From Vampirovibrionales bacterium (GTDB taxonomy: Bacteria; Cyanobacteriota; Vampirovibrionia; Vampirovibrionales; Vampirovibrionaceae): a stretch of 64,000 nt of DNA. The translations under genes were made by a program, and so were the position numbers. The notes beneath the pieces were generated by a model that did no database searches, was not told the origin of the DNA, and saw only the letters and a list, made by a program, of their open reading frames with translations. Shown here one piece after another: positions 26,625-37,135 of the stretch (position 1 is its first letter; the number at the start of each line of letters is the position of its first letter). The DNA lies in contig JBDIVN010000009.1 in assembly GCA_039794365.1 (NCBI GenBank), positions 4,102-68,101 of the forward strand. The letters are read 5' to 3'.

Positions 26625-29102
26625 CTATCCCGAACCCAGAACATTGAAAGTGTCTTCCGTCTTCTGGAAGACGATATCGCGCAGCTCAGGGTAGTTCTCA
26701 AAGACTTCGGGGTTGTCCACCACGGCGAAGGCCGCTTCGCGGGCCATCTCAAGAATGGCCTTGTCGTGGATGAGGTCGGCCAGAACAAAGTCCGGCAGAC
26801 CGCTCTGGCGGGTGCCGAGGAATTCGCCGGGGCCGCGCAGTGCCATGTCCTTTTCGGCAATATCGAAGCCGTTCTCGGAATCGGTCAGAATCTGCAGCCG
26901 CTGGCGGGTGTCCTCACCGCGGGTGTCGGTCAGCAGGATGCAGTGGGACTGGTGGCATCCCCGGCCCACCCGACCCCGAAGCTGGTGAAGTTGCGCCAGA
27001 CCGAACCGGTCGGCGTTCTCGATGACCATCACCGTGGCGTTGGGTACGTCCACCCCGACCTCCACCACGGTGGTGCTCACCAGTACGTCGATCTGCCCGT
27101 GGGCGAAGGCGCTCATCACGGCGTCCTTCTCTTCCGGGCGCATCTTGCCGTGGAGCAGGCCAACCCGGAATTCCGGAAAAACCTCGCCCTGCAGCCGTTC
27201 GGCCTCGGTGGTTGCCGCCTTGGCGGAAAGGGTCTCGGATTCCTCAATCAGCGGCAGGACGACGTAAGCCTGCCGCCCCTTGGCCACTTCCATGCGGATG
27301 AGATCGTGGGCCTTCTTGGCCTGCTTTCCATAGAGGAGGGAGGTCAGAATGGGGGTCCGGCCCGGCGGCAGCTCGTCGAGGAGCGACACATCGAGATCGC
27401 CGTGGACCGTCATGGCCAGGGTTCGGGGGATGGGGGTCGCCGTCATGGTGAGCATTTCCGGGTGATCACCCTTGTCCTTGAGAAGGGTCCGCTGGCGGAC
27501 CCCGAAGCGGTGCTGCTCGTCCACCACCACCACGCCCAGGTTGCCGAACTCCACATCGTGCTGGATGAGCGCGTGGGTGCCCACGGCAATGTGAATCTGC
27601 CCGTTGAGCAGGCCCTGCTTCAGTTCCCGGCGCTGACGAACGGTGGACTTGCCCACGAACAATCCGGCCCGGAGGCCCAGCGGCGTCAGCCATTCGATGA
27701 GCTTGCGGTAGTGCTGTTCGGCGAGGATTTCTGTCGGCGCCATCAGCGCCCCCTGGTAGCCGTTCTCCACCGCCATCAGCAGGGTCATGACGGCCACCAC
27801 GGTTTTCCCGCTGCCCACATCCCCCTGCAACAGCCGGTACATCGGTTCCGGTGATTTGAGATCCTGAAGAATCTCCTGAAAAACCTTTTGCTGGGCGTTG
27901 GTCAATTCAAAGGGCAGGCTGGCCGCAAAGCGATCACACAGGCCGCCATCGTGCTTATCAAGGGAAAGCCCCTTGACGCTGCGCTTGTAGTTGGCCCGAA
28001 TCAACGCCAGACGCACCTGCACGTAAAACAGCTCGTCGAACACCAACCGCTTTCGGGCTTCCTCATAGTGTTCCAGGGTATCGGGAAAATGGATGTTGCG
28101 CAGGGCGTCCCGCAGGCCGATAAGCCCGTATTTGCGCTTCAGCTCATCCGGCAGGGGATCGGCGATGGTATCGAGATGATCTTCCATGGCCTGGTGGATG
28201 GCCCGGCGCAGAAAGCGCAGGTTCAGCCCTTCGGTCAGGGGGTAGACGGGGACAATCCGGCCCACGTTCAGCGAGGAGGCGTCCTCGGCGGCATCGGCAT
28301 AGCTCAGGACCTCGATCTGGGGCCTGTCGATGGAAAAGCGGTTTTTGAACCGGTCCACCTTCACGCGTCCGGAGAGCATGACCTCCGCCCCCTTGCTCCA
28401 GCGGCTCTTGTAGCTCTCCAGAAGCGCCCGGTTGGCCTTGGCGTAGAACCAGGTGGCGCTGATCCGGCCTGTTTCATCGGCCACGGTCAGGTTCAGGACG
28501 GAGACTTTGCCGCTCTTGGCATTGTACGCGCTGGAGCCGGTAATGGTTCCCAGGATCGTCACATCCTGCCCTTCTTCCAGGTCCTTGATCTTGACCCGGT
28601 TGTGATAATCGAGGTACCGGCGGGGAAAGTAATACAGCAGATCCTCAACGGTGTGGACGCCAACGGAATTGAGCAGCCGTGCCAGCCGGGGACCCACTCC
28701 CTTCAGGTACTGGACGTCCGTGTCATGGACGCCCCTTCCTCGTGGGGCCGCCGGTTCCCCATTGATCTCCACCGGCTTGTCCTGGCGGACGGTCTTGCGC
28801 CGGGGTTGTCCGCCGGGTACAGTCAGCGTCTCAAGATAACGCTCCAGGGCGTCCAGGGTGTTCATCCGGGTGCCCACGTCGGCATAGGCATAGTTGTTGA
28901 ACCGCTGAATCAGCTGGCCTAACTGGCGGTCCTCGCTCTCGCCGGGCAACTGCCACTGGGCCAGCTTGTTGAGAGTTTCGCTGACAAAGCGCGAGAACGG
29001 CTTCTTCCGGCCCTGCACATCGATGTACTGGAATTTCTTCTCGTACGCGATAGCCTGCCGGATATCCTCGATCTTAAGCCTGGCCTCTTCAACGGGAATC
29101 AA
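26625..29102 (-). CDS. recG: ATP-dependent DNA helicase RecG
   Basis: Walker A GDVGSGKT, DEQHRFG, wedge and TRG regions. A TTG start at 29102 with a GAGGAGG RBS is proposed instead of the upstream in-frame ATGs. Confidence 0.85.
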   Translation of the reverse strand: MIPVEEARLKIEDIRQAIAYEKKFQYIDVQGRKKPFSRFVSETLNKLAQWQLPGESEDRQLGQLIQRFNNYAYADVGTRMNTLDALERYLETLTVPGGQPRRKTVRQDKPVEINGEPAAPRGRGVHDTDVQYLKGVGPRLARLLNSVGVHTVEDLLYYFPRRYLDYHNRVKIKDLEEGQDVTILGTITGSSAYNAKSGKVSVLNLTVADETGRISATWFYAKANRALLESYKSRWSKGAEVMLSGRVKVDRFKNRFSIDRPQIEVLSYADAAEDASSLNVGRIVPVYPLTEGLNLRFLRRAIHQAMEDHLDTIADPLPDELKRKYGLIGLRDALRNIHFPDTLEHYEEARKRLVFDELFYVQVRLALIRANYKRSVKGLSLDKHDGGLCDRFAASLPFELTNAQQKVFQEILQDLKSPEPMYRLLQGDVGSGKTVVAVMTLLMAVENGYQGALMAPTEILAEQHYRKLIEWLTPLGLRAGLFVGKSTVRQRRELKQGLLNGQIHIAVGTHALIQHDVEFGNLGVVVVDEQHRFGVRQRTLLKDKGDHPEMLTMTATPIPRTLAMTVHGDLDVSLLDELPPGRTPILTSLLYGKQAKKAHDLIRMEVAKGRQAYVVLPLIEESETLSAKAATTEAERLQGEVFPEFRVGLLHGKMRPEEKDAVMSAFAHGQIDVLVSTTVVEVGVDVPNATVMVIENADRFGLAQLHQLRGRVGRGCHQSHCILLTDTRGEDTRQRLQILTDSENGFDIAEKDMALRGPGEFLGTRQSGLPDFVLADLIHDKAILEMAREAAFAVVDNPEVFENYPELRDIVFQKTEDTFNVLGSG

Positions 29103-29268
29103 TGGCCGAAAGCCTCCTCTCAAGCTTTTTGGCGGCTCGCACGGCGAACCCTTCTGGCTCGAATCGCCAGAATCATTATATAATAGGGTCACCGGCGCAA
29201 GCAGCCGGAAACCTTGACCGGCGACCGGAACAACGGGCGCGGAGAGAGGAAGGAAAAGGGTCAGGACC

Positions 29269-30237
29269 ATGCGTATCATTCCGAAGCAGTTCTTCATACT
29301 TTTGACGACAGGGACCTGTTGCCTCTTCCTGCTGACCGGGCAGGTGGCCCAGGCCCAGAACGTGGAAGCCGCCCGGCTCTATAACCGGGCCATCGACTAC
29401 TATTCCAAGGGAAACACCACCATGGCGACCCAGCTGTTCGAGGATGCCACCCGCTCGGACCCGAACTATCCCGATGCCTGGTTCAACCTGGCCACCCTGT
29501 ATTACCAGGCCCAGGACTATGCCCGTTCGGAAGAGGGCTTCCGGCAGGTGCTCCGCCTCAGCCCCAATGACGGCCAGGCTTGGTACAACCTGGGGCTGGC
29601 GCTGGAAAAGCAGGGCAAATTCACCGAAGCCCGCGACGCCTACAGCCGGGTGCCATCCAACGATCGCAAACACAGCGCGGCCCAGGACAAGCTTCGTCTG
29701 TTGGGCGGTGGAGCTGCTTACCAGCCTGGCCGGACAGCTCAGAAACCCACCTACCAGGCCAATCCGTTCAATCAGCAGCAGCAACAGGCTAACCGTCAGC
29801 CGGAAATCGCGGCAACCACGGCGGCATCTTCAGGAGTGGCAGGTGCCAGCGCCGGAAAACTCCCGGTGGAAACCTTTGCTTCCGGCTTTGCGGGACCAAC
29901 TGGCATGGCTGTGGGGCCGGGTGGCTTACTTTACGTGGCCAACTATACGAAGAACGCCATCTACAAGGTTGGGAAGCAGGGGAATAAAGAAGTCTGGATC
30001 GAGGGTGACGGCCTGATGGGGCCGGTGGGTCTGGTTTACAATCCCCGCAAGAAAGAGCTTTACGTTGCCAATTATCTGGGCAACAGTATTTCGCGGGTTA
30101 CGGCGGACGGCAAGATCTCCCTGATGGCCTCCGGCCTGAAAAAACCCTACTACCTGATGCTGGATCTCGACACCAACTCCCTGTTCGTCTCCGAGCAGGA
30201 AAGCAACACGGTTTCGCGCATCCCGCTGGGGTCCTGA
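29269..30237 (+). CDS. secreted TPR + NHL/beta-propeller repeat protein
   Basis: Signal peptide and TPR repeats. The C-terminal repeats (LYVANY...N.I.KV) are NHL/SMP-30-like. Confidence 0.5.
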   Translation: MRIIPKQFFILLTTGTCCLFLLTGQVAQAQNVEAARLYNRAIDYYSKGNTTMATQLFEDATRSDPNYPDAWFNLATLYYQAQDYARSEEGFRQVLRLSPNDGQAWYNLGLALEKQGKFTEARDAYSRVPSNDRKHSAAQDKLRLLGGGAAYQPGRTAQKPTYQANPFNQQQQQANRQPEIAATTAASSGVAGASAGKLPVETFASGFAGPTGMAVGPGGLLYVANYTKNAIYKVGKQGNKEVWIEGDGLMGPVGLVYNPRKKELYVANYLGNSISRVTADGKISLMASGLKKPYYLMLDLDTNSLFVSEQESNTVSRIPLGS

Positions 30238-30247
30238 GCCGGACTCG

Positions 30248-31198
30248 TCAGTTGTATTTTTTCCGGTATCTCTTTCGGACTGCGGGCAGAACGGAGCTTA
30301 CATCCTTGGGTTCGTCCTTGTTTTTTCGGGCGTTTTCATAGCGCCGGTGCAGGCTTTCAAAATGGTTCCAGAAGTCCACATAAGTGATTTCCGACATGGT
30401 TTTGCGGAATTCCTGGGTTTCATTCCAGAACTTGTCGGGAAAGGGCAGCATCTCAAAGAGCAGATCGAAATTGACCAGATCCTGGCGAACCAGCAGGCCC
30501 ACACGCTCATAGAATTGCCCAATGCGGGAAATGCTTTTCAGATGATGCAGGTAAAAGTTTACCGGCGCCTTTTCCGAGGCGGCAAGCTTTTCCTTCCAGG
30601 TTTCCAGATCCTTGTCGTAGCTGTCAAACACACCCTCTTGGACCATCTCATTGTAATCGTCCAGGATGGCACGCAGGGACTCCGTGGTGCTGGCCTTTTT
30701 GTAGGTGCGCAGATGGTGCCCCGCCACAACCAGCGAACCGGTAAACATGGCTGCGATAATGCCTTGCAGGATGATGGACACCAACGGAATCCCGCTTGCG
30801 CCCTCTTTCGGCAGACTCTGCACCAGGGCCGGATCTTCCAGGGAGATCAGTTGATCGCCAAGTTCAAGAATAATAATCCCCTTCTCCCGGTCGATGGCAT
30901 GAATGCTGATTTCACCCGGCGATTCGGGGATTTTTTCCTCGAAAGGAACCGGCTCATTCGGCGGAGTGTCGGCCAGCGCAGGAGCGGCCATCCCCAGGCT
31001 ACCCGCAACGGCGAAGCAAAAAGCCGCCACAGGCAGCACGATGCGTTGCTTCCAGAATGACGGGCGTCCAGTGGACAACTGGCCGAAATGAATGCTGTCC
31101 GCCTTTGCCTGGGGACAGCGCTGATACAGGCCGGTCGGGCCGACGTGCCTGGCAGGTAGAGGCGTTCTGCTTACGCCTATGTCGACGACAGTTGGCAA
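30248..31198 (-). CDS. hypothetical membrane protein
   Basis: Signal/TM segments, no known domain. The start is uncertain. Confidence 0.35.
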   Translation of the reverse strand: MPTVVDIGVSRTPLPARHVGPTGLYQRCPQAKADSIHFGQLSTGRPSFWKQRIVLPVAAFCFAVAGSLGMAAPALADTPPNEPVPFEEKIPESPGEISIHAIDREKGIIILELGDQLISLEDPALVQSLPKEGASGIPLVSIILQGIIAAMFTGSLVVAGHHLRTYKKASTTESLRAILDDYNEMVQEGVFDSYDKDLETWKEKLAASEKAPVNFYLHHLKSISRIGQFYERVGLLVRQDLVNFDLLFEMLPFPDKFWNETQEFRKTMSEITYVDFWNHFESLHRRYENARKNKDEPKDVSSVLPAVRKRYRKKYN

Positions 31199-31507
31199 TT
31201 CTGGATTTCCACTTGCTTTTGGTTTGTCCCAACTTGCGGCTCCAATGCCGTTACTCCACTAAAAACAGAACGGCAAAGGAAATTGCGGCGTTCTGCCAGA
31301 CATTGCCAACAGCAGTGGCAGTATCGCTATAAAACCGGAAATTGCAGAATTTACCTTGCCTTCAGGCCGGACGAGGGCCGAATCTCCATAAGATACCTGG
31401 AATATTTTCGGGTGATATCCTTTTCTTAAATCAATCCTAAAATTGGCAGAATCAGGTTAAATCAGCTCCGTGCCGCGGTTTTGTTAAATCAGGTTTGAGC
31501 TTGGGAA

Positions 31508-32989
31508 GTGCATGCAGGGAGTCGCTGTATGGATCATGTCGGGCGGACGAATTTTCGTCAGCAGAATATTTCCGGCGGTCAGCCAGTTCAGGCGGGTGGC
31601 GATGCCGGCCAACTGTTTCCGGGTGACTACGCCCCCGTGGAAGATACGTTCGTGGGTTCCGGCAAATTAAGAACCTCCGGCAAGGCCGTGGATATTTTCG
31701 TTGACAAGGCGGGCGTACTGTTTCAGAAGATCACCGGCCACTACTGGCCCGTAGGCCAACTGGAGGCCGACGGCAGTTTCCGACTGGGGATGGGGCGCTC
31801 CATCCATCACGGCAACATCTTTAACGATACGGTCTTCGATCTGCCCGCCAAGAAGATTCGAGGCCCGATGGGCGAATGGTTCCGGAGCCTGGAGCGGCAA
31901 TGGGCCATCCAGAGTTCGGAAATACCCTTCATCCGTCACCACCTGACCATGCATGGCATTGATGGCCGGGGGGTTTCCGTTGCCGTACTGGAGCGGGGAG
32001 GTAAAGAAGGACCTTCGGACGAGGAGACTGTCGTGATAAAAGATCATGCAAAGCTAGTCAGGGCGGTTATCAAGAATCCCCGCTGGGGCTATGCGCCTGG
32101 TGCGGACACCCGGATTCTACTGAGCAAACCGGATGAACCGAAAAAAATCCGGGATTCCCTGCCGGGTTTCAAGCAGCAATCTCTGGAGAAAATCCGGGAT
32201 TTCATGTATCTGGATCATCTGGTCCAATTTACGGGTAATCCCCAGGCTCCTCGAATTATCAACATTTCCAACGGCACCAGCATAACTGAAATTGCCGAGA
32301 TGCTGGACAGCAGCCTGGCCGAAAAGAACGAACCCGGGGTCTACGCCTACCCGGAACTCCGGCGGGCCATCCTGGGGCCGGATGCTAAAAAGTATTCGCC
32401 CAAGCAACGGTTGGAGCGCGTCCTCGCCTTCCTGGATCAAATGCTTCAGGAGCCGGAATTTCAACAGCTTTTTGAGGAGTACCGGAACGTGACACGGCAG
32501 TTGGCGGAGCAGGGCACCTTTGTTGTGGTGGCGGCGGGGAACAACCAGGACCGGTTTCCGCCGGACATCCGGAAGCCGCCAGGTTTCGGGTACAACTTCC
32601 TCGCCCAGAGCGACTGGGTCATTCCCGTGGCGGCGGCGGACAACAACGCCACACCGGGCGATACCCGCGACGACCGGGTGACGCCATTCTCCTCCCACGG
32701 AAACGGCACCCGGTGGAATCCGGCTGTGACCGCCACGGGCGAACGGGTCTGGCTGGACATATACAGCGATCGGGGCAACAACGGCGATTTTGCCGGTACC
32801 TCCTGTGCCACACCGGTTGTCGCCTCAACGCTGGCCATGATGCTCCAGGTGAATCCGGCCCTTGATTTTCAGCAGGCAAAACATATCCTACAGTCCACGG
32901 CGACCAATACGGCAGCGCCGATTGCCATGGAGGGGGCAGGTATGCTGAACCCGGTCTGGGCCGTCTGGCGGGCGGCTGGGTGGGTATAA
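31508..32989 (+). CDS. subtilase-superfamily (S8/S53-like) peptidase with non-canonical catalytic residues
   Basis: GTSCATPVVAS (Ser motif) and FVVVAAGNNQD (oxyanion Asn). The 'Asp' region reads VAVLERGG, with Glu, and no HGT His motif is found. The start is uncertain. Confidence 0.5.
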   Translation: MHAGSRCMDHVGRTNFRQQNISGGQPVQAGGDAGQLFPGDYAPVEDTFVGSGKLRTSGKAVDIFVDKAGVLFQKITGHYWPVGQLEADGSFRLGMGRSIHHGNIFNDTVFDLPAKKIRGPMGEWFRSLERQWAIQSSEIPFIRHHLTMHGIDGRGVSVAVLERGGKEGPSDEETVVIKDHAKLVRAVIKNPRWGYAPGADTRILLSKPDEPKKIRDSLPGFKQQSLEKIRDFMYLDHLVQFTGNPQAPRIINISNGTSITEIAEMLDSSLAEKNEPGVYAYPELRRAILGPDAKKYSPKQRLERVLAFLDQMLQEPEFQQLFEEYRNVTRQLAEQGTFVVVAAGNNQDRFPPDIRKPPGFGYNFLAQSDWVIPVAAADNNATPGDTRDDRVTPFSSHGNGTRWNPAVTATGERVWLDIYSDRGNNGDFAGTSCATPVVASTLAMMLQVNPALDFQQAKHILQSTATNTAAPIAMEGAGMLNPVWAVWRAAGWV

Positions 32990-33212
32990 AGCGGGTATTG
33001 GAGTTGCTGGATACCGGCTCTTAATCATTTAATAACAAACGGGCGAGGGTTTTGCCAGAACTTGCCATCTGTATGCATTCTGACACAATAGGATTGCCGG
33101 AAACAAAGCTGAAAATATCTTTCAGGTGATGCAATCCGGGCAATTTTTAAAATCTTCCTGTTTTTAGAAGAATAGAGTAAACTTAGGGTTAAAGAGCCAA
33201 GAGGACTTTATT

Positions 33213-33668
33213 GTGGCGACGACGTCATCCACCCGGTCAAAAACAGTCACGCTGCGCCGTGAGGACGCAAAAAGATTTCCAGCCGCCTTCGAGGCGCGGG
33301 GGGTCCCATCGGGCCGTCGTGGAGAACTGGCGAGGGTCCTGGCCTCTTCGTTTCTAAAATACTCCTCCCAGGCGGACGAACTTTGTGACGACAACGTGGA
33401 AAGCTTTATCCGTCTCCACCAGTTCCACAACGAGCTGCTGGATCTGGCGGTTGCGTTCCTGAACGAGGAGATCCGGGTGGTGGCCGACGGCGGCAACCTC
33501 GACGATCTGCTGCTGGCCTTTGCCGGATACCGGCTGTCGGCGGTTTCCCGCAGCTACTACGAATCGAAAATGGCGGGCGGCATGTTTGAGGACGAAGCCA
33601 TGCGGTGGAAAAAGGCCCTCTATGAGTGCCAGTTGAATTACAACCGCATCTGCCAGGCCATCCAGTAG
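33213..33668 (+). CDS. hypothetical protein
   Basis: ORF with a GTG start in a lower-GC pocket. Confidence 0.3.
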   Translation: MATTSSTRSKTVTLRREDAKRFPAAFEARGVPSGRRGELARVLASSFLKYSSQADELCDDNVESFIRLHQFHNELLDLAVAFLNEEIRVVADGGNLDDLLLAFAGYRLSAVSRSYYESKMAGGMFEDEAMRWKKALYECQLNYNRICQAIQ

Positions 33669-33899
33669 AACGCGATTTCAGGGGAGTTCATGGTGCAAAA
33701 ACAGAAAATCCGGTCCTGTCTTGGGGCCGGATTTGAAAGAAACTTTATTGCACCCTGAAATTTGCTTATGAGGGTATTATCGGCAGGTTTTGAAAAAACT
33801 TTAGGAACATTTTGAAAAAAAGGAAAAATTTTTAGAAATCCGGACAATCCGGGCAAATTCCGCTTTCCTGCGCGTTGATTAAAGGGACGGAAAAGATAC

Positions 33900-34358
33900 G
33901 TGGAAAGGAAACAGGATACGCGAATGGCCGGTTTGTCACCCATCCGCTTTGGCGCCCGCACCTTTGAGCCGCAGGATATTGCCCTGGTGAAGGAGCAGTT
34001 CGGGCTGGCGGATGACCCGGAGTACGTCTACCGGGCGGCGTCCATGCCGGAGTTCAACGCCGATGCCACGGCGTTTGATGCGGAAACCATCGTTAATACG
34101 GACAACGGCACTGGTCTGCCCGGTAAAAAGCCTTTGCCCGCCCACTGGCAGGCCTATTTTATCCTGGACAACGTTCCGCCCGAAGTGGCGAAAGAATTTG
34201 AGGCGGCCTCCCCCTCGGAAACACGCCTGGATTATCTCGGATTGCTGGATGTTACGACCCTTGACGCGAAACGGGTGGGACCCTCCACGGTGATCGTGCG
34301 GGAGGATGAATGGATCTCCCTGCCGCCGGAGGGCGAAATTCCGGCGGGTTCAGAGTAG
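33900..34358 (+). CDS. hypothetical protein
   Basis: ORF only. Confidence 0.3.
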   Translation: MERKQDTRMAGLSPIRFGARTFEPQDIALVKEQFGLADDPEYVYRAASMPEFNADATAFDAETIVNTDNGTGLPGKKPLPAHWQAYFILDNVPPEVAKEFEAASPSETRLDYLGLLDVTTLDAKRVGPSTVIVREDEWISLPPEGEIPAGSE

Positions 34359-34423
34359 GCATTTTCTCCTGTCTGTTGTACGATCCGGGTGTTCCCTCAT
34401 TATGACAATCGAGGTTTTCACCC

Positions 34424-35440
34424 ATGACCACCACGGCGCAAGACCAGTCCCGCGAGGTTCTGGTAGAAGGCAAGGCGAAGATTGTGCGTCCCGGCACGAA
34501 TCCTGAGGAGTTGAGCGTCTCCTTCAAGGATGCGGCCACCGCGTTCAACGGCCAGAAGTTCGCTGAGATTCCAGGCAAGGGCCGGCTCAATGCCATTATC
34601 TCCTCCAGACTCTTCAGTCTGCTGGAATCCTTCGGCATTCCCACCTGCTTCGTGAAGCCGGGCGACGCCGAGAACGAACTGGTCTACCGCAGGCTCAAAA
34701 TGGTCCCGCTGGAAGTGGTGATCCGCAACGCCGCTTTTGGCAGCCTGTGCAAGCGCTTCGGCTTTGAGCAGGGCCGCCGTCTGCAAACACCCCTGCTGGA
34801 GTTCTTTTTGAAGGACGACCAAGCCAATGACCCGCAGATTACCGAAGCCCTGATTCTTGAGCTGGGCATCCTGCCCGAAGGAGCCTGTCTTGAGGAAATC
34901 AAGCGCCGGACGTATCAGATTAACGAGATTTTCATCGCCTACTTCGAGTCGCTGGGCATCCTCTGCGCCGACTTCAAACTGGAGTTTGGTGTGGGCACCG
35001 ATGGCAGGCTGTACCTGGGCGATGAGTTAAGCCCGGACAACTTCCGCCTGCGGGATCTCAAGACCGGTCAGGTGCTGGACAAGGACGTGTTCCGCCAGGA
35101 TCTTGGCGATCTCGTGGAAACCTACGAGACGCTGCTCTCCCGCATGAACGGGGCGAAAACACTGAAAATTCAGGAGCGGAAGACTTACCGGGCCGAGGTG
35201 TTTGTGAAAAGCCGCAAAAACATCCTGAACCCGGAGAGCAAGGCCATCCTCAACTCCCTGCACACGCTGGGGTTTGGGAACGTCACGGAACTTCGGGCGG
35301 GCAGGCGCTTTGAAATCCGCATTGAGGCCCCCACGATGGTGGAAGCTGAGGCCCAGGTGCTGAAGATTGCCGAGGACGTTCTCTCCAACCCGGTCATCGA
35401 GGACTTTACGTTCTCCCTGACCCTGCCGGAGGTGAATTGA
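34424..35440 (+). CDS. purC: SAICAR synthetase fused to PurS (PurC-PurS fusion)
   Basis: Residues 1-245 align along their length with E. coli PurC (GKAKIV, MVPLEVVIRN, DFKLEFG, GDELSPD). Residues ~255-338 match PurS (Y..V.V.LK..ILNPES.A....LH..G...V..LR.GRRFE..IE...VIEDF). Confidence 0.85.
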   Translation: MTTTAQDQSREVLVEGKAKIVRPGTNPEELSVSFKDAATAFNGQKFAEIPGKGRLNAIISSRLFSLLESFGIPTCFVKPGDAENELVYRRLKMVPLEVVIRNAAFGSLCKRFGFEQGRRLQTPLLEFFLKDDQANDPQITEALILELGILPEGACLEEIKRRTYQINEIFIAYFESLGILCADFKLEFGVGTDGRLYLGDELSPDNFRLRDLKTGQVLDKDVFRQDLGDLVETYETLLSRMNGAKTLKIQERKTYRAEVFVKSRKNILNPESKAILNSLHTLGFGNVTELRAGRRFEIRIEAPTMVEAEAQVLKIAEDVLSNPVIEDFTFSLTLPEVN

Positions 35441-36132
35441 TGTCAAAAGACCTGAAAGTCGGCATCGTCGTTTTCCCCGGTTCCAACTGCGAACAGGACT
35501 GCTATGACGCCGTGGTCCATTACCTCGGCAACGAGGCCGTCTACCTCTGGCATGGAGATACGGACCTGCAGGGGGTGGACGCGGTGATCCTGCCCGGCGG
35601 CTTCAGCTACGGCGACTATCTGCGATCCGGCGCCCTGGCCCGGTTCTCGCCGATTCTCGAAAGCGTCCGCGCCTTTGCGGACCAGGGACGCCCGGTGCTG
35701 GGCATCTGCAACGGTTTCCAGGTACTGACCGAAACCGGTCTGCTTCCCGGCGCCCTGACGCGGAACAAGACCCTCCACTTCATCTGCGAACAGGTGAAAA
35801 TGACGGTGGAGAACAACACCAGCCTGTTCACCAGCCGCTACGGCAAAGGCCAGGAGATTATGCTGCCCGTGGCCCACGGTGACGGCAACTTCCAGGCGCC
35901 CGAAGACGTGGTGAAGCGTCTGGAGGACAACGGCCAGGTGGTGTTTCGCTACCGCGACGACATCAACGGCTCCGTCAACCGCATCGCGGGCATCTGCAAC
36001 GAAAAAGGCAACGTGCTGGGCATGATGCCCCATCCAGAGCGCAATCTCTGGAAAAACGAAGCCTGGACCGGTGAAGGACGGATCATGTTCGATTCCCTGA
36101 AGGCCGGGCTGCTGTCACTGGCCGCTGTCTAG
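35437..36132 (+). CDS. purQ: phosphoribosylformylglycinamidine synthase glutaminase subunit
   Basis: GSNCEQD, GICNGFQ (catalytic Cys) and MMPHPER. The ATGA overlap with purC-purS suggests translational coupling. Confidence 0.85.
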   Translation: MMSKDLKVGIVVFPGSNCEQDCYDAVVHYLGNEAVYLWHGDTDLQGVDAVILPGGFSYGDYLRSGALARFSPILESVRAFADQGRPVLGICNGFQVLTETGLLPGALTRNKTLHFICEQVKMTVENNTSLFTSRYGKGQEIMLPVAHGDGNFQAPEDVVKRLEDNGQVVFRYRDDINGSVNRIAGICNEKGNVLGMMPHPERNLWKNEAWTGEGRIMFDSLKAGLLSLAAV

Positions 36133-36229
36133 GGGAAACCCGGATGAAGGTCGATCGGCGGCGAATGCGCATGTTGTTTATCGGCATCACCCTCGGTTTT
36201 CTGGTATTCTGGCTGGTCTGGTCCCTATT

Positions 36230-37135
36230 GTGATTCAAAAGATGGAAAAGCCCGGCGTTAAAAACATCGCGAAAATCGGACTCGTTGCGGGAGAAGGCCT
36301 CCTGCCGGTCCATGTTGCCCGCAACGCGGCGAACGAGGGAATTGAGGTCGTTACCCTGTCCATCAGCCGGGATAACCGCCGGGAACTGAAGGAACTCTCC
36401 GAAGGGCGGCTCCACAAGATTACGCCGGGACTGTTCGAGAAGAACATGAACCTGCTGCGCTCCGAGGACATCCGCCATATCGTGTTTGCCGGCAAGGTCA
36501 ACAAATGGCTCCTTTTTCGCGATCCGCGCATGGACGCCCGCGCCATGCGAGCGCTGACGGAGCTGACCCGGCGAAGCGATGACGGCGTCATGCTGGGCAT
36601 TATCAGCATCCTCAGCGATGAGGGGTTTGAAGTGGTTGCCCAGACCCGGTTCCTCCAGGATCACTTCCTGCCCGAGGGCTTGCTAACCCGCAACGGTCCC
36701 ACGGCGCGGGAGCAGGAGGACATCCGCTACGGCCTCCAGATTGCCAAGGAGATGGGCCGCCTGGACGTCGGGCAGACCATCGTGGTGGGCAAGGGCATGA
36801 TCCTGGCCGTGGAGGCCATCGAGGGCACCGATGAGTGCTTGAAGCGGGCGGGCAAGTGGTCCCGCAAGAAGGGCGGCGTCGTCGTCAAAGTGGCGAAGCC
36901 CGGACAGGATCAGCGTTTCGACGTTCCCGTGGTGGGCCTCAGGACCCTCAAGGCCATGCGCAGGGCGGGGCTTCGGGTGCTGGCGGCGGAGGCCAACGAG
37001 ACCCTCTTCCTGGACCCGGATGAGATGACCGCTTATGCCGACCGGCATGACATGGTGATCACCTCGGTAAAAGTGCCTGAAAAACTGACGATGGCGTCCC
37101 AGAGACTCACTTCCCAGGGATCGGCCTCCTCATGA
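36230..37135 (+). CDS. lpxI: UDP-2,3-diacylglucosamine hydrolase LpxI (DUF1009)
   Basis: IGLVAGEGLLP at the N-terminus and DVGQTIVVGKGMILAVEAIEGTDECLKRAG match the LpxI family. It is immediately upstream of lpxB. Confidence 0.7.
   Translation: MIQKMEKPGVKNIAKIGLVAGEGLLPVHVARNAANEGIEVVTLSISRDNRRELKELSEGRLHKITPGLFEKNMNLLRSEDIRHIVFAGKVNKWLLFRDPRMDARAMRALTELTRRSDDGVMLGIISILSDEGFEVVAQTRFLQDHFLPEGLLTRNGPTAREQEDIRYGLQIAKEMGRLDVGQTIVVGKGMILAVEAIEGTDECLKRAGKWSRKKGGVVVKVAKPGQDQRFDVPVVGLRTLKAMRRAGLRVLAAEANETLFLDPDEMTAYADRHDMVITSVKVPEKLTMASQRLTSQGSASS

Noticed and set aside
26613-27854. 413-aa plus-strand ORF and 27888-28922 344-aa ORF
   Set aside because: Both are antisense to recG, whose helicase motifs are clear.
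33740-33790. Possible sigma54 -24/-12 promoter (TTGCAC...TTTGCTT)
   Set aside because: The -24 element is TTGCAC rather than TGGCAC, and the spacing to the putative -12 GC does not fit the consensus. It is an insufficient match.
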